Shown here piece after piece: positions 38,175 through 48,487 of a stretch of DNA of 64,000 bases. This DNA is from Bacillales bacterium (lineage in GTDB: Bacteria; Bacillota_I; Bacilli_A; RF39; UBA660): positions 49,751-113,750 of the forward strand of contig JAEEKZ010000046.1 of the NCBI GenBank assembly GCA_016288635.1, written 5' to 3'. The notes below the pieces were generated by a model. It worked only from the letters and a program-made list of their open reading frames with translations. It was not told where the DNA came from and searched no databases. Numbering within the stretch: position 1 is the first letter of the stretch; each line of letters opens with the position of its first letter. The position numbers and the translations under genes were made by a program.

Positions 38175-39903
38175 TTTGATTCTCCATTTCTAACTTTTTA
38201 TAATCAATTTTATTATACAAAGTCTTAGGTAGTGAATCAACAAATGCGTATTCTTTTGGTTGAGAATAAGCAGCTAAATCTTTCTTACACATTTGTTTTA
38301 ATTCATATTTTGTTTTAGATTCTAACTTTTTGTTTTTTAAAACTACATACGCCTTTGCAACATGCATCTTATATTGATGAGGTATGCCAATTACACAACA
38401 CTTATCAACATTTGGATGTTGTTCAATTGTCTCTTCAATAACACTTGGATAGACATTAAATCCACTAGATATAATAACTCTTTTAATTCTTTGGGTAAAA
38501 TAAATAACTCCATTTAAAGATATATAACCAGCATCACCTGTATGCAACCAAGTTTTACCATCTTTATGTTTTCTTAAAACTAAAGCTGTTTCTTCAGGAT
38601 TCTTATGGTATCCCATCATAATTGTAGGACCATATACACATATTTCTCCTTCTTCACCTAAAGGAAGTTCCTCAACAGTATCGGGTTTACAAATACAAAA
38701 TGAATTTCCTATCATAGGTATACCGATTGATCCTGGTTCATTTGTTCCATCAAATGTGTATGATGTTGCAGCAACAGATTCAGTCATACCATAACCCTTA
38801 GAAATATTAATCTTAGCATTATGAGTATGTAACCAATTATTCATCTTTTGTTCCATAGGAATAGTCATATAATCCCCACCGGAAATAACATATTTTAAAC
38901 TTGATAAATCAACTCCATCATAGTTGTTGTTAGACATCATACCTTCCCACAATGTTGGAACACCAGCCAAGATATTTGGATTATATTTTTTAATAGCTTG
39001 TAAGAATCTTCCAGCATTATATTCAGGCATTAATATAACTTCCACTTTTAACGATAAAGGGCAATGTAAACAAACCCCTAATCCAAATCCATGGAATATT
39101 GGTAATATAGTTACAATCTTATCTTTTGGTCTAGTTCCACTTACGTTAACTCCGCCTTGCTGAGCCAGTGCATTAAAACTATAGTTAGATATCATTATTC
39201 CTTTTGGAGTACCCGTTGTACCACCACTATGAAGAATAATAGCTAAATCGTCTTTCTTCATAGGATAAGCCGTCTCTTTATGATAAGAATACCCTAAATT
39301 ATAAAATTCATTCCATGTTAAATATTCATGGTCTCTAAATCCTGGCCTTTTTAATTTAAATATTCTTGATAATTTGTACATTCTACCCAATAAAGGTGGC
39401 ATAGATTGTGCAACTGAAGCAAGAATAACTTTATATACTTGAGTATCATCTAAAATAGACATAATTTTTTCATAGTTATCTTCATACAACAATAAAATTC
39501 TTGATTCAGATTGTTCCAAATATTTTTTAATCTCAGCTTGTCCAGATAGTGGATGAATCATATCCGCTACGGCACCAATCTTATTTATAGCATAGAAAGT
39601 TTCTACCGCTTCAGGAGTATTAGGCATACAAATAGTTACTATATCTTGTTTCTTTACTCCCAGTGATTTTAATGATCTTGCTATCATATCAATTTTATGA
39701 AACATAGTTTCATACGTAATACGATTATTAAAATAGTTTAAAGCATAATAATCTGTATGAACCCCTACTCCTTCAAGTAAGTATTCATAAATAGTTTTCT
39801 CTGTAAATTTAATTTTTCTTTCTTTTTTTGAATAATACTCTAACCATTTATCGTCTACATCTTTTTTGAATAGTTTTCTGTATAATCTCTTTAAAAATCC
39901 CAT
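38149..39903 (-). CDS. AMP-dependent synthetase/ligase (long-chain fatty-acid--CoA ligase-like)
   Basis: AMP-binding motif ILHSGGTTGTPKGIM and the adenylate-forming core (GYGMTE...GD). 584 aa. Confidence 0.8.
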   Translation of the reverse strand: MGFLKRLYRKLFKKDVDDKWLEYYSKKERKIKFTEKTIYEYLLEGVGVHTDYYALNYFNNRITYETMFHKIDMIARSLKSLGVKKQDIVTICMPNTPEAVETFYAINKIGAVADMIHPLSGQAEIKKYLEQSESRILLLYEDNYEKIMSILDDTQVYKVILASVAQSMPPLLGRMYKLSRIFKLKRPGFRDHEYLTWNEFYNLGYSYHKETAYPMKKDDLAIILHSGGTTGTPKGIMISNYSFNALAQQGGVNVSGTRPKDKIVTILPIFHGFGLGVCLHCPLSLKVEVILMPEYNAGRFLQAIKKYNPNILAGVPTLWEGMMSNNNYDGVDLSSLKYVISGGDYMTIPMEQKMNNWLHTHNAKINISKGYGMTESVAATSYTFDGTNEPGSIGIPMIGNSFCICKPDTVEELPLGEEGEICVYGPTIMMGYHKNPEETALVLRKHKDGKTWLHTGDAGYISLNGVIYFTQRIKRVIISSGFNVYPSVIEETIEQHPNVDKCCVIGIPHQYKMHVAKAYVVLKNKKLESKTKYELKQMCKKDLAAYSQPKEYAFVDSLPKTLYNKIDYKKLEMENQNEKDRKEK

Positions 39904-39904
39904 G

Positions 39905-40477
39905 TTACTTAACCTCCATTAAAGATACAACCTTTTTCATTAATTCATTATTACTTTTTTCAATATCATCATTTGTATAATATGGTTGTCCGAATTTTAT
40001 TTTTAATTTTCCACCAAAAACTTTATATTTGCCTGTAATAGCAAATGGAATAATTGGTACCTTTGTATCGTTTGCCATTTTAACGGCACCATACTTAAAA
40101 GGCATAATCGGATCTTTAGTTTTATTAATTGTTCCCTCAGGAAATATTCCAATTATATTTCCTTCTCTTAGTACTTCTCTTGAAAGATCCATAATCTCCG
40201 GATTCTTTCTTGATCTATCTACAGGAATAACTCCCATCATTTTCATAAACGGTTTTGTAATTCCCTTAAATAATGAACTTTTTGCTAAAAAATGAACTTG
40301 TCTTTTATTAGCCGCTATCAACATAAAACAATCTAAATTATTTGTGTGTGTACCCGCCAAAACATATCCACCTTTATCAGGCAAGTTCTCCTTTCCTTCA
40401 TATTTTGGATGAAATATTACGAATGACAAGAACTTAATTATTGGTTTTGCAAATTTATAAAATAAATTATCTTTCAT
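39905..40477 (-). CDS. Lysophospholipid acyltransferase (second PlsC-family gene)
   Basis: Motifs AGTHTNNLD and FPEGTINKT. Confidence 0.7.
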   Translation of the reverse strand: MKDNLFYKFAKPIIKFLSFVIFHPKYEGKENLPDKGGYVLAGTHTNNLDCFMLIAANKRQVHFLAKSSLFKGITKPFMKMMGVIPVDRSRKNPEIMDLSREVLREGNIIGIFPEGTINKTKDPIMPFKYGAVKMANDTKVPIIPFAITGKYKVFGGKLKIKFGQPYYTNDDIEKSNNELMKKVVSLMEVK

Positions 40478-41999
40478 TTTTAACTATTAGTGATGAACCA
40501 TCCATTTCATCAGGAATCTTTATACCTAGTAATTCGCACATAGTTGGAGCAACATCAGCTAACTTACCTTCTTCAACTAATGTTAATCCTTCTTTTGTAA
40601 TAATACAAGGGACAGGATTAGTTGTATGACTAGTAACAGGATTATGATTTTCATCCCACATCATGTCACAATTACCATGATCCGCAATAATAATTAATAC
40701 TGCACCCAGTTCATTAACAACCTTGTTATATATCTTTTCGATACATTTATCCATGTCTTCAACAGCTTCAACTGCAGCATCATAATTACCAGTATGACCA
40801 ACCATATCACCATTAGCTAAATTCATAATGGTAACATCATAATTACCTACTTCTTCTAAGAATGTATCAGTAACTTTATAGGCACTCATTTCTGGTTGTA
40901 AATCATATGTTGCTACTTTTGGTGATGGTATTAATATCTTTTTCATATCTGGATATTCAACTTCCCTACCGCCATCAAAGAAGAAAGTTACATGCGCATA
41001 TTTTTCAGTTTCTGCAATTCTAAATTGACTTAAGCCACAATCATGCAAATAGTCCACTAAAATATTTTTCATGTCTAAATCATTAAATGCATGTGGAGCT
41101 TTAACTGTTTCAACAACAGGGAACATTGTTAATACTTTTAAATTATCAAATGTTTTAACTTCTATTCCTTTTTCTTCTGCTTTTTCTCTATATGCATCTG
41201 GATTAGATAATAATGTAAACATTTCTCTTAATCTATCTTTTCTGAAATTAAAAGCAATTATTGCATCAGAATCACTAAGTGGTGCATTATCAATTAAGCC
41301 AGGAATTAAAAATTCATCATATACTCCCTTTTGATAATTCTCCTCAATCATTTCATTATAATTACTATATTTAGGACCTTTTCCATAAACAATTGCATCA
41401 TATGATAATTTTAATCTATCAAAATTATCATCTCTATCCATTCCATAATATCTACCAGATATTGTAGAAATATGACCAAATCCTAATTCTTTAATTTTAT
41501 TATTCAACATATCCAAATATGTTAATGCACTCTTTTCATAGGTATCTCTACCATCAGTACAAACATCTATATAAACATTTGTAACATTATTCTCTTTACA
41601 AATATCTAATAATCCCAATAATTGATTAATATGAGAATGTACTCCACCATCAGATAATAATCCAAAAATATGTAAATTTGAATTATTTTCTTTAACATGT
41701 TTAAATACTTTTAATAATTCCTCATTATTATATAAAGACTTATCATCTAATGCAGCATTAATAGCCTCCAAAGGTTGAAGAGCAACTCTTCCACTTCCAA
41801 TATTCATGTGCCCTACTTCACTAGTTCCCATTTGTCCTTCTGGAAGTCCCACTGCTTTTCCACTTGCTTGTAAAATAGTATGCGGATACTTATTAACTAA
41901 CATATCAAATGTTGGTTTTTTTGCGTTCTTAAACGCATTTCCATCTGAATTATCTCTTAATCCACATCCATCTAAAATACATAATACTAACTTTGTCAT
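40467..41999 (-). CDS. gpmI: 2,3-bisphosphoglycerate-independent phosphoglycerate mutase
   Basis: N-terminus VLCILDGCGLRD and the iPGM metal-binding motifs (ADHGN). 510 aa. Confidence 0.85.
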   Translation of the reverse strand: MTKLVLCILDGCGLRDNSDGNAFKNAKKPTFDMLVNKYPHTILQASGKAVGLPEGQMGTSEVGHMNIGSGRVALQPLEAINAALDDKSLYNNEELLKVFKHVKENNSNLHIFGLLSDGGVHSHINQLLGLLDICKENNVTNVYIDVCTDGRDTYEKSALTYLDMLNNKIKELGFGHISTISGRYYGMDRDDNFDRLKLSYDAIVYGKGPKYSNYNEMIEENYQKGVYDEFLIPGLIDNAPLSDSDAIIAFNFRKDRLREMFTLLSNPDAYREKAEEKGIEVKTFDNLKVLTMFPVVETVKAPHAFNDLDMKNILVDYLHDCGLSQFRIAETEKYAHVTFFFDGGREVEYPDMKKILIPSPKVATYDLQPEMSAYKVTDTFLEEVGNYDVTIMNLANGDMVGHTGNYDAAVEAVEDMDKCIEKIYNKVVNELGAVLIIIADHGNCDMMWDENHNPVTSHTTNPVPCIITKEGLTLVEEGKLADVAPTMCELLGIKIPDEMDGSSLIVKNER

Positions 42000-42011
42000 A
42001 ATTTCCTCCTG

Positions 42012-43145
42012 TTATTTATTTGTTAAATCATTTAACTTATTATACTCCTCTTTAAATATCTCTATAAACTTATTTATCTCATCATTAGTAGTTAATGATG
42101 ACAAACTAACTCTAATCGTATGAGAAGCTCTTTTTTCATCATTATATAACGCCATAACGCTTGAAGAAGAATCTCCACTTGAACATGCTGTTGTAGTACT
42201 TAAGTATATTTCATGTTCATCCATAGCATGTATAAACGTTTCCGGCCTAATATTAAGTAGACTTATATTAAGCATATTAGGAATAGAATATTCCGTATTA
42301 TTAACGGTTACTCCTTCAAGTTCATTAAAGAAATTAACTAACTTTTTATTTAATTTCTCAATATAACTATATTTTCTATCTAAATCTTCAGTAGCTAAAC
42401 GAATAGCCTTTGATGATCCCACTATTAAAGGTAATGCAGGCGTACCTGGATGTAAAAAATTACTCTTTCCAGATCCATACAACAAAGGGCTAACTTTAAC
42501 ATTATTTGCTTTATAAAATATACCAATTCCTTTAGGTCCATATATTTTATGAATAGACATACTCGCCATATCAACATCCTTTAAAGAAATATTTACTTTT
42601 CCTAAAGCCTGAGTCATATCACTATGAAAATATGTTTTAGGATTAGCTTTCTTAATTATCTGTCTAATCATTTTAAGCGGCTGTCTAATTCCTAATTCAG
42701 AATTAACAGCAACAATACTTACTAAAATAGTACTTGGCTTAATTAATTTTTTTAAATCTTCAAAATCAACTAAACCATCTTCATTATTCTTAACATAACT
42801 TATTTCAAACCCTAACGTTTTTAAATAATCACATATTGCATAAATACTTGGATGTTCTAATTTAGAAACAATAATATGCTTTCCCCTTTTTTTATTTGCC
42901 AAGCATGTTCCTATTAAAGCAAGATTATTCGATTCCGTAGCACCAGATGTATAAGTTATTTCTTTTTCATCACACAAAAAAATTTTGGCAATTTGCTCAG
43001 TAGCGCTTTTCATTAATTCACTTGATTTTTGCCCTAATGAATTTAATGAATTCGCGTTGCCAATAAATTCTCTTGTGACTTTGTTAATTGTGTCTTGTAC
43101 TTCAAGCGACAACGGAGTTGTTGCTGAATAATCTAAATATATCAT
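42012..43145 (-). CDS. Cysteine desulfurase (NifS/IscS-like class V aminotransferase)
   Basis: PLP-lysine region SIHKIYGPKGIG. About 380 aa. Lies next to thiI and ezrA, as in the Bacillus nifZ-thiI neighbourhood. Confidence 0.8.
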   Translation of the reverse strand: MIYLDYSATTPLSLEVQDTINKVTREFIGNANSLNSLGQKSSELMKSATEQIAKIFLCDEKEITYTSGATESNNLALIGTCLANKKRGKHIIVSKLEHPSIYAICDYLKTLGFEISYVKNNEDGLVDFEDLKKLIKPSTILVSIVAVNSELGIRQPLKMIRQIIKKANPKTYFHSDMTQALGKVNISLKDVDMASMSIHKIYGPKGIGIFYKANNVKVSPLLYGSGKSNFLHPGTPALPLIVGSSKAIRLATEDLDRKYSYIEKLNKKLVNFFNELEGVTVNNTEYSIPNMLNISLLNIRPETFIHAMDEHEIYLSTTTACSSGDSSSSVMALYNDEKRASHTIRVSLSSLTTNDEINKFIEIFKEEYNKLNDLTNK

Positions 43146-44860
43146 TACTTATAGTCCTCCAATAATTTATTATGGATTCCCGGTTCAATTATATTAATAG
43201 CATTTATTGCGTATTCAATACTATTCTTAAAGTTTCCTTTATAGAATGCATTCTCCGCTCTAACAAGTCCCATGTCAATTTCCTTATTTGTCACACGATA
43301 CTTGTTACCATATACAATAGCAACTTCTGCCATTTTAGCTAACTTAATTGTTTCATTAATTGTATTATATACTTTTAAAGCTAAATCTCTAGCAGTATCC
43401 ACTCTTGTATTTAATGTTTTAATTGATATAGGTCTCTTTTCTAATTCTTCACTAATATTGCTAATAGCCTCAATAGCTTCATCCAATTCAACATAATAAT
43501 TCTTTGGTGTACTTGGAAGTTTAAAACTTCTTTGTTTCTTTTTTGTATTAGCAAGTATCTTCTTAATTTCTACTAATTGCTCTCTTGCTCTATTTTCATC
43601 TTCTTTTAATCCACCTAATGTTTTAAGAGCTAAGTTAAGTTTTTCTTCAGCATCTAACAATCTAGTGTTTAAAGAACTCATTTCTTTAGTTAGTTTAGTA
43701 TATGCTAGAGCCTTTCTTCTAAATAAATCGATTATTTTATCATATTCCATTCGAATCTCGCTTAGAGTGTCTCTTAACTCATAAATAACAACTATATCTT
43801 CATCAGCCAAATCATAACTATATTTAATATCATCAATTTTCTTCAATAATTCATTATTAACCTTTTCTAATCTAGTAGTTTTAATAAGAATACTTCTCAT
43901 ATAATCATCAAATTTATGTCTAGCCACTTTTTCAGCATCAAAATCTGCATATAATGAGTCAAAATAATCATAAATAGTTGTTAGTTCAAATAGTGAATCC
44001 TCAACATTTAACACATTTAATCTTTGGAAAATATCCTGAATCTTCTTCTCTGATTCATTCTTATTATATTCAACATTTAAATATTCAAGATTATATCCAT
44101 CAGAAGTCATACGATCTTTAATATTCATAATGTCTTCAATACGTTTAGGTATTAAATTCTTACCTAAGTTAACAATAGGCTTAGTTTCATCAATAATAAC
44201 TTTTAAATTACTAATAATATCATCCAATGCTCTAACAATTCTACCAACTTCTGTATAAGCATTTCTCTCCATTGATGATTCAAAAGCTTGGAATAACTTC
44301 TCAACATTTTCAAACTGTAATTTTAAAGGGGTCTCAATTATTTGATATCCCTCTTGATCTTCTTCGTATCTATCAGTTATTTCACGATATTCGCTTTTTA
44401 ATTTTATTATTACTTCTCTATTTCTTTCTTCGCTTAATGTTATATCTTTTATCTCATTAAAAAGATAATCTGCCTTTGTTTTAAGCATATTTAAATCTAA
44501 TTCAGCACTTAATATTGAAGAATTTAAATCTTTATATTTACCCTCAACAAAAAGAGTCTCAATCTCATTTATTTCGTCAGTTATTTTAGACATATCAACT
44601 TCTTTGATAGTCTTAAATCTCTCTTTCCATAGTTCATATTTTTCTTTAAGTTCCTCATTGTTAGCTAAAGCTTCAACCTTATTTAATTCAGTAACCATAT
44701 TGGCATTTACAACAAGATTTTTCTCTCTTTCAAGTTTTTCTATTTGCTTCTTGTATTTATCCTTTGTAAGCTTATTAATTAGGTTTAAAGCAACAACAAT
44801 TAAAACAATCCCAAATAAATATAATCCACCTGCCATAAGCATGAATGTCTCTTTATTCAT
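43145..44860 (-). CDS. ezrA: Septation ring formation regulator EzrA
   Basis: Single N-terminal TM helix followed by about 540 aa of coiled coil. Size and the adjacent nifS/thiI context match ezrA. Confidence 0.65.
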   Translation of the reverse strand: MNKETFMLMAGGLYLFGIVLIVVALNLINKLTKDKYKKQIEKLEREKNLVVNANMVTELNKVEALANNEELKEKYELWKERFKTIKEVDMSKITDEINEIETLFVEGKYKDLNSSILSAELDLNMLKTKADYLFNEIKDITLSEERNREVIIKLKSEYREITDRYEEDQEGYQIIETPLKLQFENVEKLFQAFESSMERNAYTEVGRIVRALDDIISNLKVIIDETKPIVNLGKNLIPKRIEDIMNIKDRMTSDGYNLEYLNVEYNKNESEKKIQDIFQRLNVLNVEDSLFELTTIYDYFDSLYADFDAEKVARHKFDDYMRSILIKTTRLEKVNNELLKKIDDIKYSYDLADEDIVVIYELRDTLSEIRMEYDKIIDLFRRKALAYTKLTKEMSSLNTRLLDAEEKLNLALKTLGGLKEDENRAREQLVEIKKILANTKKKQRSFKLPSTPKNYYVELDEAIEAISNISEELEKRPISIKTLNTRVDTARDLALKVYNTINETIKLAKMAEVAIVYGNKYRVTNKEIDMGLVRAENAFYKGNFKNSIEYAINAINIIEPGIHNKLLEDYK

Positions 44861-44907
44861 ATAATCACTAACCTATAGAAATATTTTATCACAAAACAAC
44901 TATCTTT

Positions 44908-44940
44908 TAAATAAAAAAATATAAGTCTTTCGACTTATAT
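44908..44940 (-). terminator. Rho-independent terminator ending the Tad-like locus
   Basis: Hairpin ATAAGTC-tttc-GACTTAT followed by a T-run on the minus strand. Confidence 0.5.
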
Positions 44941-45953
44941 TAAAATATACTTGGGAACCCACTTTTTACTGAATTACCTAATCTTGAGAAGCCTAAACCA
45001 TTCAAGAATTTAGTTAATTCTTCAACATTTGCATCCTTATCATCCATTGATGGCATATTATAGAAAATATGTACACCTAGATCTTTTTCTAACTCAGAAA
45101 TACCTTTTGCATTAATTGTACTTTGATTAATTACAACTTTCTTTCCAGATAAGTTTTTAAATGTCTCAGGATTCATTTTTATTGCCTTATTTAATTTGAC
45201 AATACTCGTTTCCATTAGATAGACAACATCATTACATAATGATTCATTACCTGATTCATTTAAATCTACGATAATAACATTCATATCTTGCATATTGCCA
45301 ATTGCCGTCTGCAATTCATTAGCATGAACACTAACATATTCTTTCGGATTTTCTCTATCTCTAAAAAAATCAAAATCTGTTTTATCAACTTCTATACATT
45401 TAACTTTATAACATTTATCAAGACATTTCTTTAACATATAAGCTAAAGTTGTAGCTCCAGCTCCATCAGTTAAATTCTTAATTCCCAACACTTTTTGAGC
45501 CATCTCTCCATTTAAATAACTATCAGCAGCTTCCTCTGATTTATCGTTAAATGGATTAATATTTATACCACCAAAATTTTGATATTGTTCAACATCAGCA
45601 TAAGAATTTGGATGATCTATTAAATATGGAATATTATTGACTTCTCTTGTAAAATTATAAATACCCATATTAACTAAATTGCTTAAGAATTCTCTTGAAT
45701 TTGTTTTTCTAGAATCATCTAATAAAAGAATTATCTTACTTGCATCAAAGTTTCTTGAAAGGCCCCTAAGTGTCTCAGAGTTTTCATAGTTCTTTAAAGC
45801 AGTTACATCTATTATCATTTTATTAAAAAATTGTCCATTTCCAAATTTACTAACAATTTCACTAACGGAATAAACTCCATTTAAAACATTATCAGACACA
45901 ATATCCAAACTTGATAATAATTGTTGATATTTATTCGAAATAATTATATTCAT
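44940..45953 (-). CDS. TadZ/CpaE-like pilus-assembly protein with a degenerate ParA/MinD fold
   Basis: N-terminal receiver-like region. Atypical P-loop GIKNLTDGAGATTLAYMLK in place of KGGxGKTT. Positioned as in other tad loci. Confidence 0.45.
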   Translation of the reverse strand: MNIIISNKYQQLLSSLDIVSDNVLNGVYSVSEIVSKFGNGQFFNKMIIDVTALKNYENSETLRGLSRNFDASKIILLLDDSRKTNSREFLSNLVNMGIYNFTREVNNIPYLIDHPNSYADVEQYQNFGGININPFNDKSEEAADSYLNGEMAQKVLGIKNLTDGAGATTLAYMLKKCLDKCYKVKCIEVDKTDFDFFRDRENPKEYVSVHANELQTAIGNMQDMNVIIVDLNESGNESLCNDVVYLMETSIVKLNKAIKMNPETFKNLSGKKVVINQSTINAKGISELEKDLGVHIFYNMPSMDDKDANVEELTKFLNGLGFSRLGNSVKSGFPSIF

Positions 45954-46024
45954 TTGAACCTCCTAATTAACATTTTACATTTATATCATACTTTTTTATT
46001 TATTTATAGTCAATCAAATTTAAA

Positions 46025-46056
46025 TAAAAAACAAGACTTTACAAATCTTGTTCATT
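46025..46056 (-). terminator. Intra-locus terminator or attenuator between the 166-aa gene and the tadZ-like gene
   Basis: Hairpin AACAAGA-ctttacaaa-TCTTGTT followed by a T-run on the minus strand. Confidence 0.4.
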
Positions 46057-46065
46057 TTATTTTAT

Positions 46066-46566
46066 TTATGGATTTTGTACCCACATATCAGGCAAACTTT
46101 GATCGTATAAAATATTTGTTGTTCCATTTACTCTAAATGTGCCAAATAAATTAAAAATTGGCAAATCTATAATATGGAAAAACATAATTCTATAATACAT
46201 TTTAGTTTGTCCTTCTTCTGTAGTTATTGTAATTCTCTTTAGGCAATAATTATATGTAGTAGTATTGTCAGCCAAAACAGGTTTCTCACCATAATTGACA
46301 CCATACCAGCCACCATATTCAGAATCACCGTTATCATGATAGCATGAACCTCTATTACTATAATTCTGCGTTTGAAAATAAGAATCCATTATTCCTTTAG
46401 ATATTTCGGTATAACCATTATATTTTTCAAGAATATTTAAAGCCTCATTTTTAAGTCTATATACCCTTTGATATGACATAGTTAAAGCAAGGAAACTTGA
46501 AAACAATATAATAAATAAAATTACTGCCAAAAATGCATACGCAGACATACTACTTTCTTTTATCAT
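46066..46566 (-). CDS. Small membrane-anchored protein (pseudopilin or TadE/F-like candidate)
   Basis: The MIKESS... N-terminus followed by a hydrophobic helix. 166 aa. Sits in the Tad-like locus. Confidence 0.3.
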   Translation of the reverse strand: MIKESSMSAYAFLAVILFIILFSSFLALTMSYQRVYRLKNEALNILEKYNGYTEISKGIMDSYFQTQNYSNRGSCYHDNGDSEYGGWYGVNYGEKPVLADNTTTYNYCLKRITITTEEGQTKMYYRIMFFHIIDLPIFNLFGTFRVNGTTNILYDQSLPDMWVQNP

Positions 46567-46593
46567 ACTTCAACCTCTTTAACTATTTAGGAC

Positions 46594-47073
46594 CTAACTA
46601 CAATTATAAACAATTGGAGTCTGTCCCGTAACTTTCATACTCCATACAGAAGAAACCATTGGAATATAAAAACTATAAAACAATTGAACCATATAATAGC
46701 AACCATGTTGTTTATCTGGATCAGCTAGTATTTCTTTTCCTTCTCCAAATTCATTGACAGCTTCAACCATTTTAACGCATAGAACTGCAGTTGAATTATC
46801 AACATTAGTTCCTGATCTATCATATCCGTCATAGCCATTACTACATTTACCTGTTGAATAATGATTAGATTCCTTAATTGTTTTTAACAATTCATCGTCT
46901 ATACCATCACTATCACGGAATTTACCACGATAGTTTTTTATATATTGTACAACGTCATTCTTAACGCCAGAAGCATTTGCTCTATTTAACGTTGTACTCA
47001 TTATACCAACAAATAATAGTATAAAAAATACTACTATTAATAATATTGGCCCACCAGTTAAACCTTCCTTCAT
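46594..47073 (-). CDS. Small membrane-anchored protein (pseudopilin or TadE/F-like candidate)
   Basis: The MKEGLTGGPILLIVVFFILLF N-terminus. 159 aa. Sits in the Tad-like locus. Confidence 0.3.
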   Translation of the reverse strand: MKEGLTGGPILLIVVFFILLFVGIMSTTLNRANASGVKNDVVQYIKNYRGKFRDSDGIDDELLKTIKESNHYSTGKCSNGYDGYDRSGTNVDNSTAVLCVKMVEAVNEFGEGKEILADPDKQHGCYYMVQLFYSFYIPMVSSVWSMKVTGQTPIVYNCS

Positions 47074-47081
47074 TAAAACAC

Positions 47082-47324
47082 CTATCCTTTATATGGACAT
47101 TGTATATCATGCTTTTTATAACAACACCAAATCATACCATCAGATACGTCGTTATTTACAACCCCATCACACTTTCTGCCGCAAATTGCTTTATCACAAC
47201 TTGATTGGCTTTCAAAATTTGAGTGCAATGCAGGCCATATAACAGTTAAAAAAAAGGCTATTAGCATGCCAATTAAAATAACAACAACTAACATACTTGA
47301 TAGTTCTTCAGTAGCCTCTTTCAT
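47082..47324 (-). CDS. Cys-rich mini-pilin candidate (non-canonical Flp-like)
   Basis: 80 aa: MKEATEELSS leader, one hydrophobic helix, and a C-terminal 40 aa with 7 Cys. Confidence 0.4.
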   Translation of the reverse strand: MKEATEELSSMLVVVILIGMLIAFFLTVIWPALHSNFESQSSCDKAICGRKCDGVVNNDVSDGMIWCCYKKHDIQCPYKG

Positions 47325-47342
47325 TTTTATATTATCCTTTTA

Positions 47343-47606
47343 TTATCTATCGCCATTTTTATTAGGACATTGAATTTTGTTTTCAGATAATATAGAGTGA
47401 CCTTCTTCGTCTTCCTCATAATACTGACATTCACATGTATTAGAACCCTCAGCACACTCACAGTTTACTGCAGCAGCACAATGTATACCTGCATCAATTT
47501 GTGTTCTTATCATTGGAAGTACAATTGTAGCAAATAATGTTGCAATTAAACCGATTGCAACTACGGCAATAACTGTTGTACTTAATTCACCTGTAGCTTC
47601 TTTCAT
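47343..47606 (-). CDS. Cys-rich mini-pilin candidate (non-canonical Flp-like)
   Basis: 87 aa: MKEATGELST leader, one hydrophobic helix, and a C-terminus with 7 Cys. Paralog of 47082-47324. Confidence 0.4.
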   Translation of the reverse strand: MKEATGELSTTVIAVVAIGLIATLFATIVLPMIRTQIDAGIHCAAAVNCECAEGSNTCECQYYEEDEEGHSILSENKIQCPNKNGDR

Positions 47607-47695
47607 TAATTTATTCCTCCTTTATCTTAATTTTAGTATACAATAATATATTTTTTTTATCAATATTTCTTGACATTTACACTGTAAAGCATTTT

Positions 47696-48487
47696 TTATG
47701 ATGATCCCATCATCTGCATTACAGATAACAACAATAGTATCATTAATCCAACACCGGTTGATACAAGCATTTGCATAGTTTTGTTTTCCATCTTTTCAAG
47801 ACGATTAGCATATCTAGTTTCTCTTGCTTTTTGTTGCAATGACGAAATAGTTCTTGAAAACATTACTAATTGTTCCTGTTTTCTTTCCTGTCTTCCTAAT
47901 GATAATCTATATAACAATCTCATCATACGCATTGAATCTCTAACAGGATATCTTTTAGCAAAGTTCATATATGGGGTAATTGTATCATCACCTGAATTGA
48001 TTTCATCAATCATAATCTTTAAACCATCTTTAAATATCTCTGGTGAGTCAGTAATAGACTTACCTATTGCAACAGGAACAGTATAGTGTTGAATTAATAT
48101 TTCTAATCCTTTCAAGTATTGAGGTAATAATGAGTCAATTTGCATCATATGATCTTTATAATACTTACTTAAATTGATATATCCCATCTTAAATACCCCA
48201 AATCCAATTGCAATTGAGATACAAATTGTTAACACAGATATTTTAGTAATCATTGCTAGCAATGCAAGTGTAGATACTATCATCCAATACTTAATTCTCT
48301 GATTAAAAAGTACGTTTGGATTAACTGATTCTCCATACCTTGCTTTTACATAGAAATCATAATCCTCTTCTTTTAATTTTCTAAAAAGCATTTCATTATC
48401 TGTAACAAGTTGATTTAGGCTTATCTGACCAGATGAAACCATTACAACAAATATTATTACAGTTAATATAAGCATTTCTATTTGCAT
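47696..48487 (-). CDS. tadC: TadC-like inner-membrane platform protein (T2SS-F domain)
   Basis: Polytopic membrane protein with a GspF-like domain, next to the tadB-like gene and tadA. Confidence 0.6.
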   Translation of the reverse strand: MQIEMLILTVIIFVVMVSSGQISLNQLVTDNEMLFRKLKEEDYDFYVKARYGESVNPNVLFNQRIKYWMIVSTLALLAMITKISVLTICISIAIGFGVFKMGYINLSKYYKDHMMQIDSLLPQYLKGLEILIQHYTVPVAIGKSITDSPEIFKDGLKIMIDEINSGDDTITPYMNFAKRYPVRDSMRMMRLLYRLSLGRQERKQEQLVMFSRTISSLQQKARETRYANRLEKMENKTMQMLVSTGVGLMILLLLSVMQMMGSS

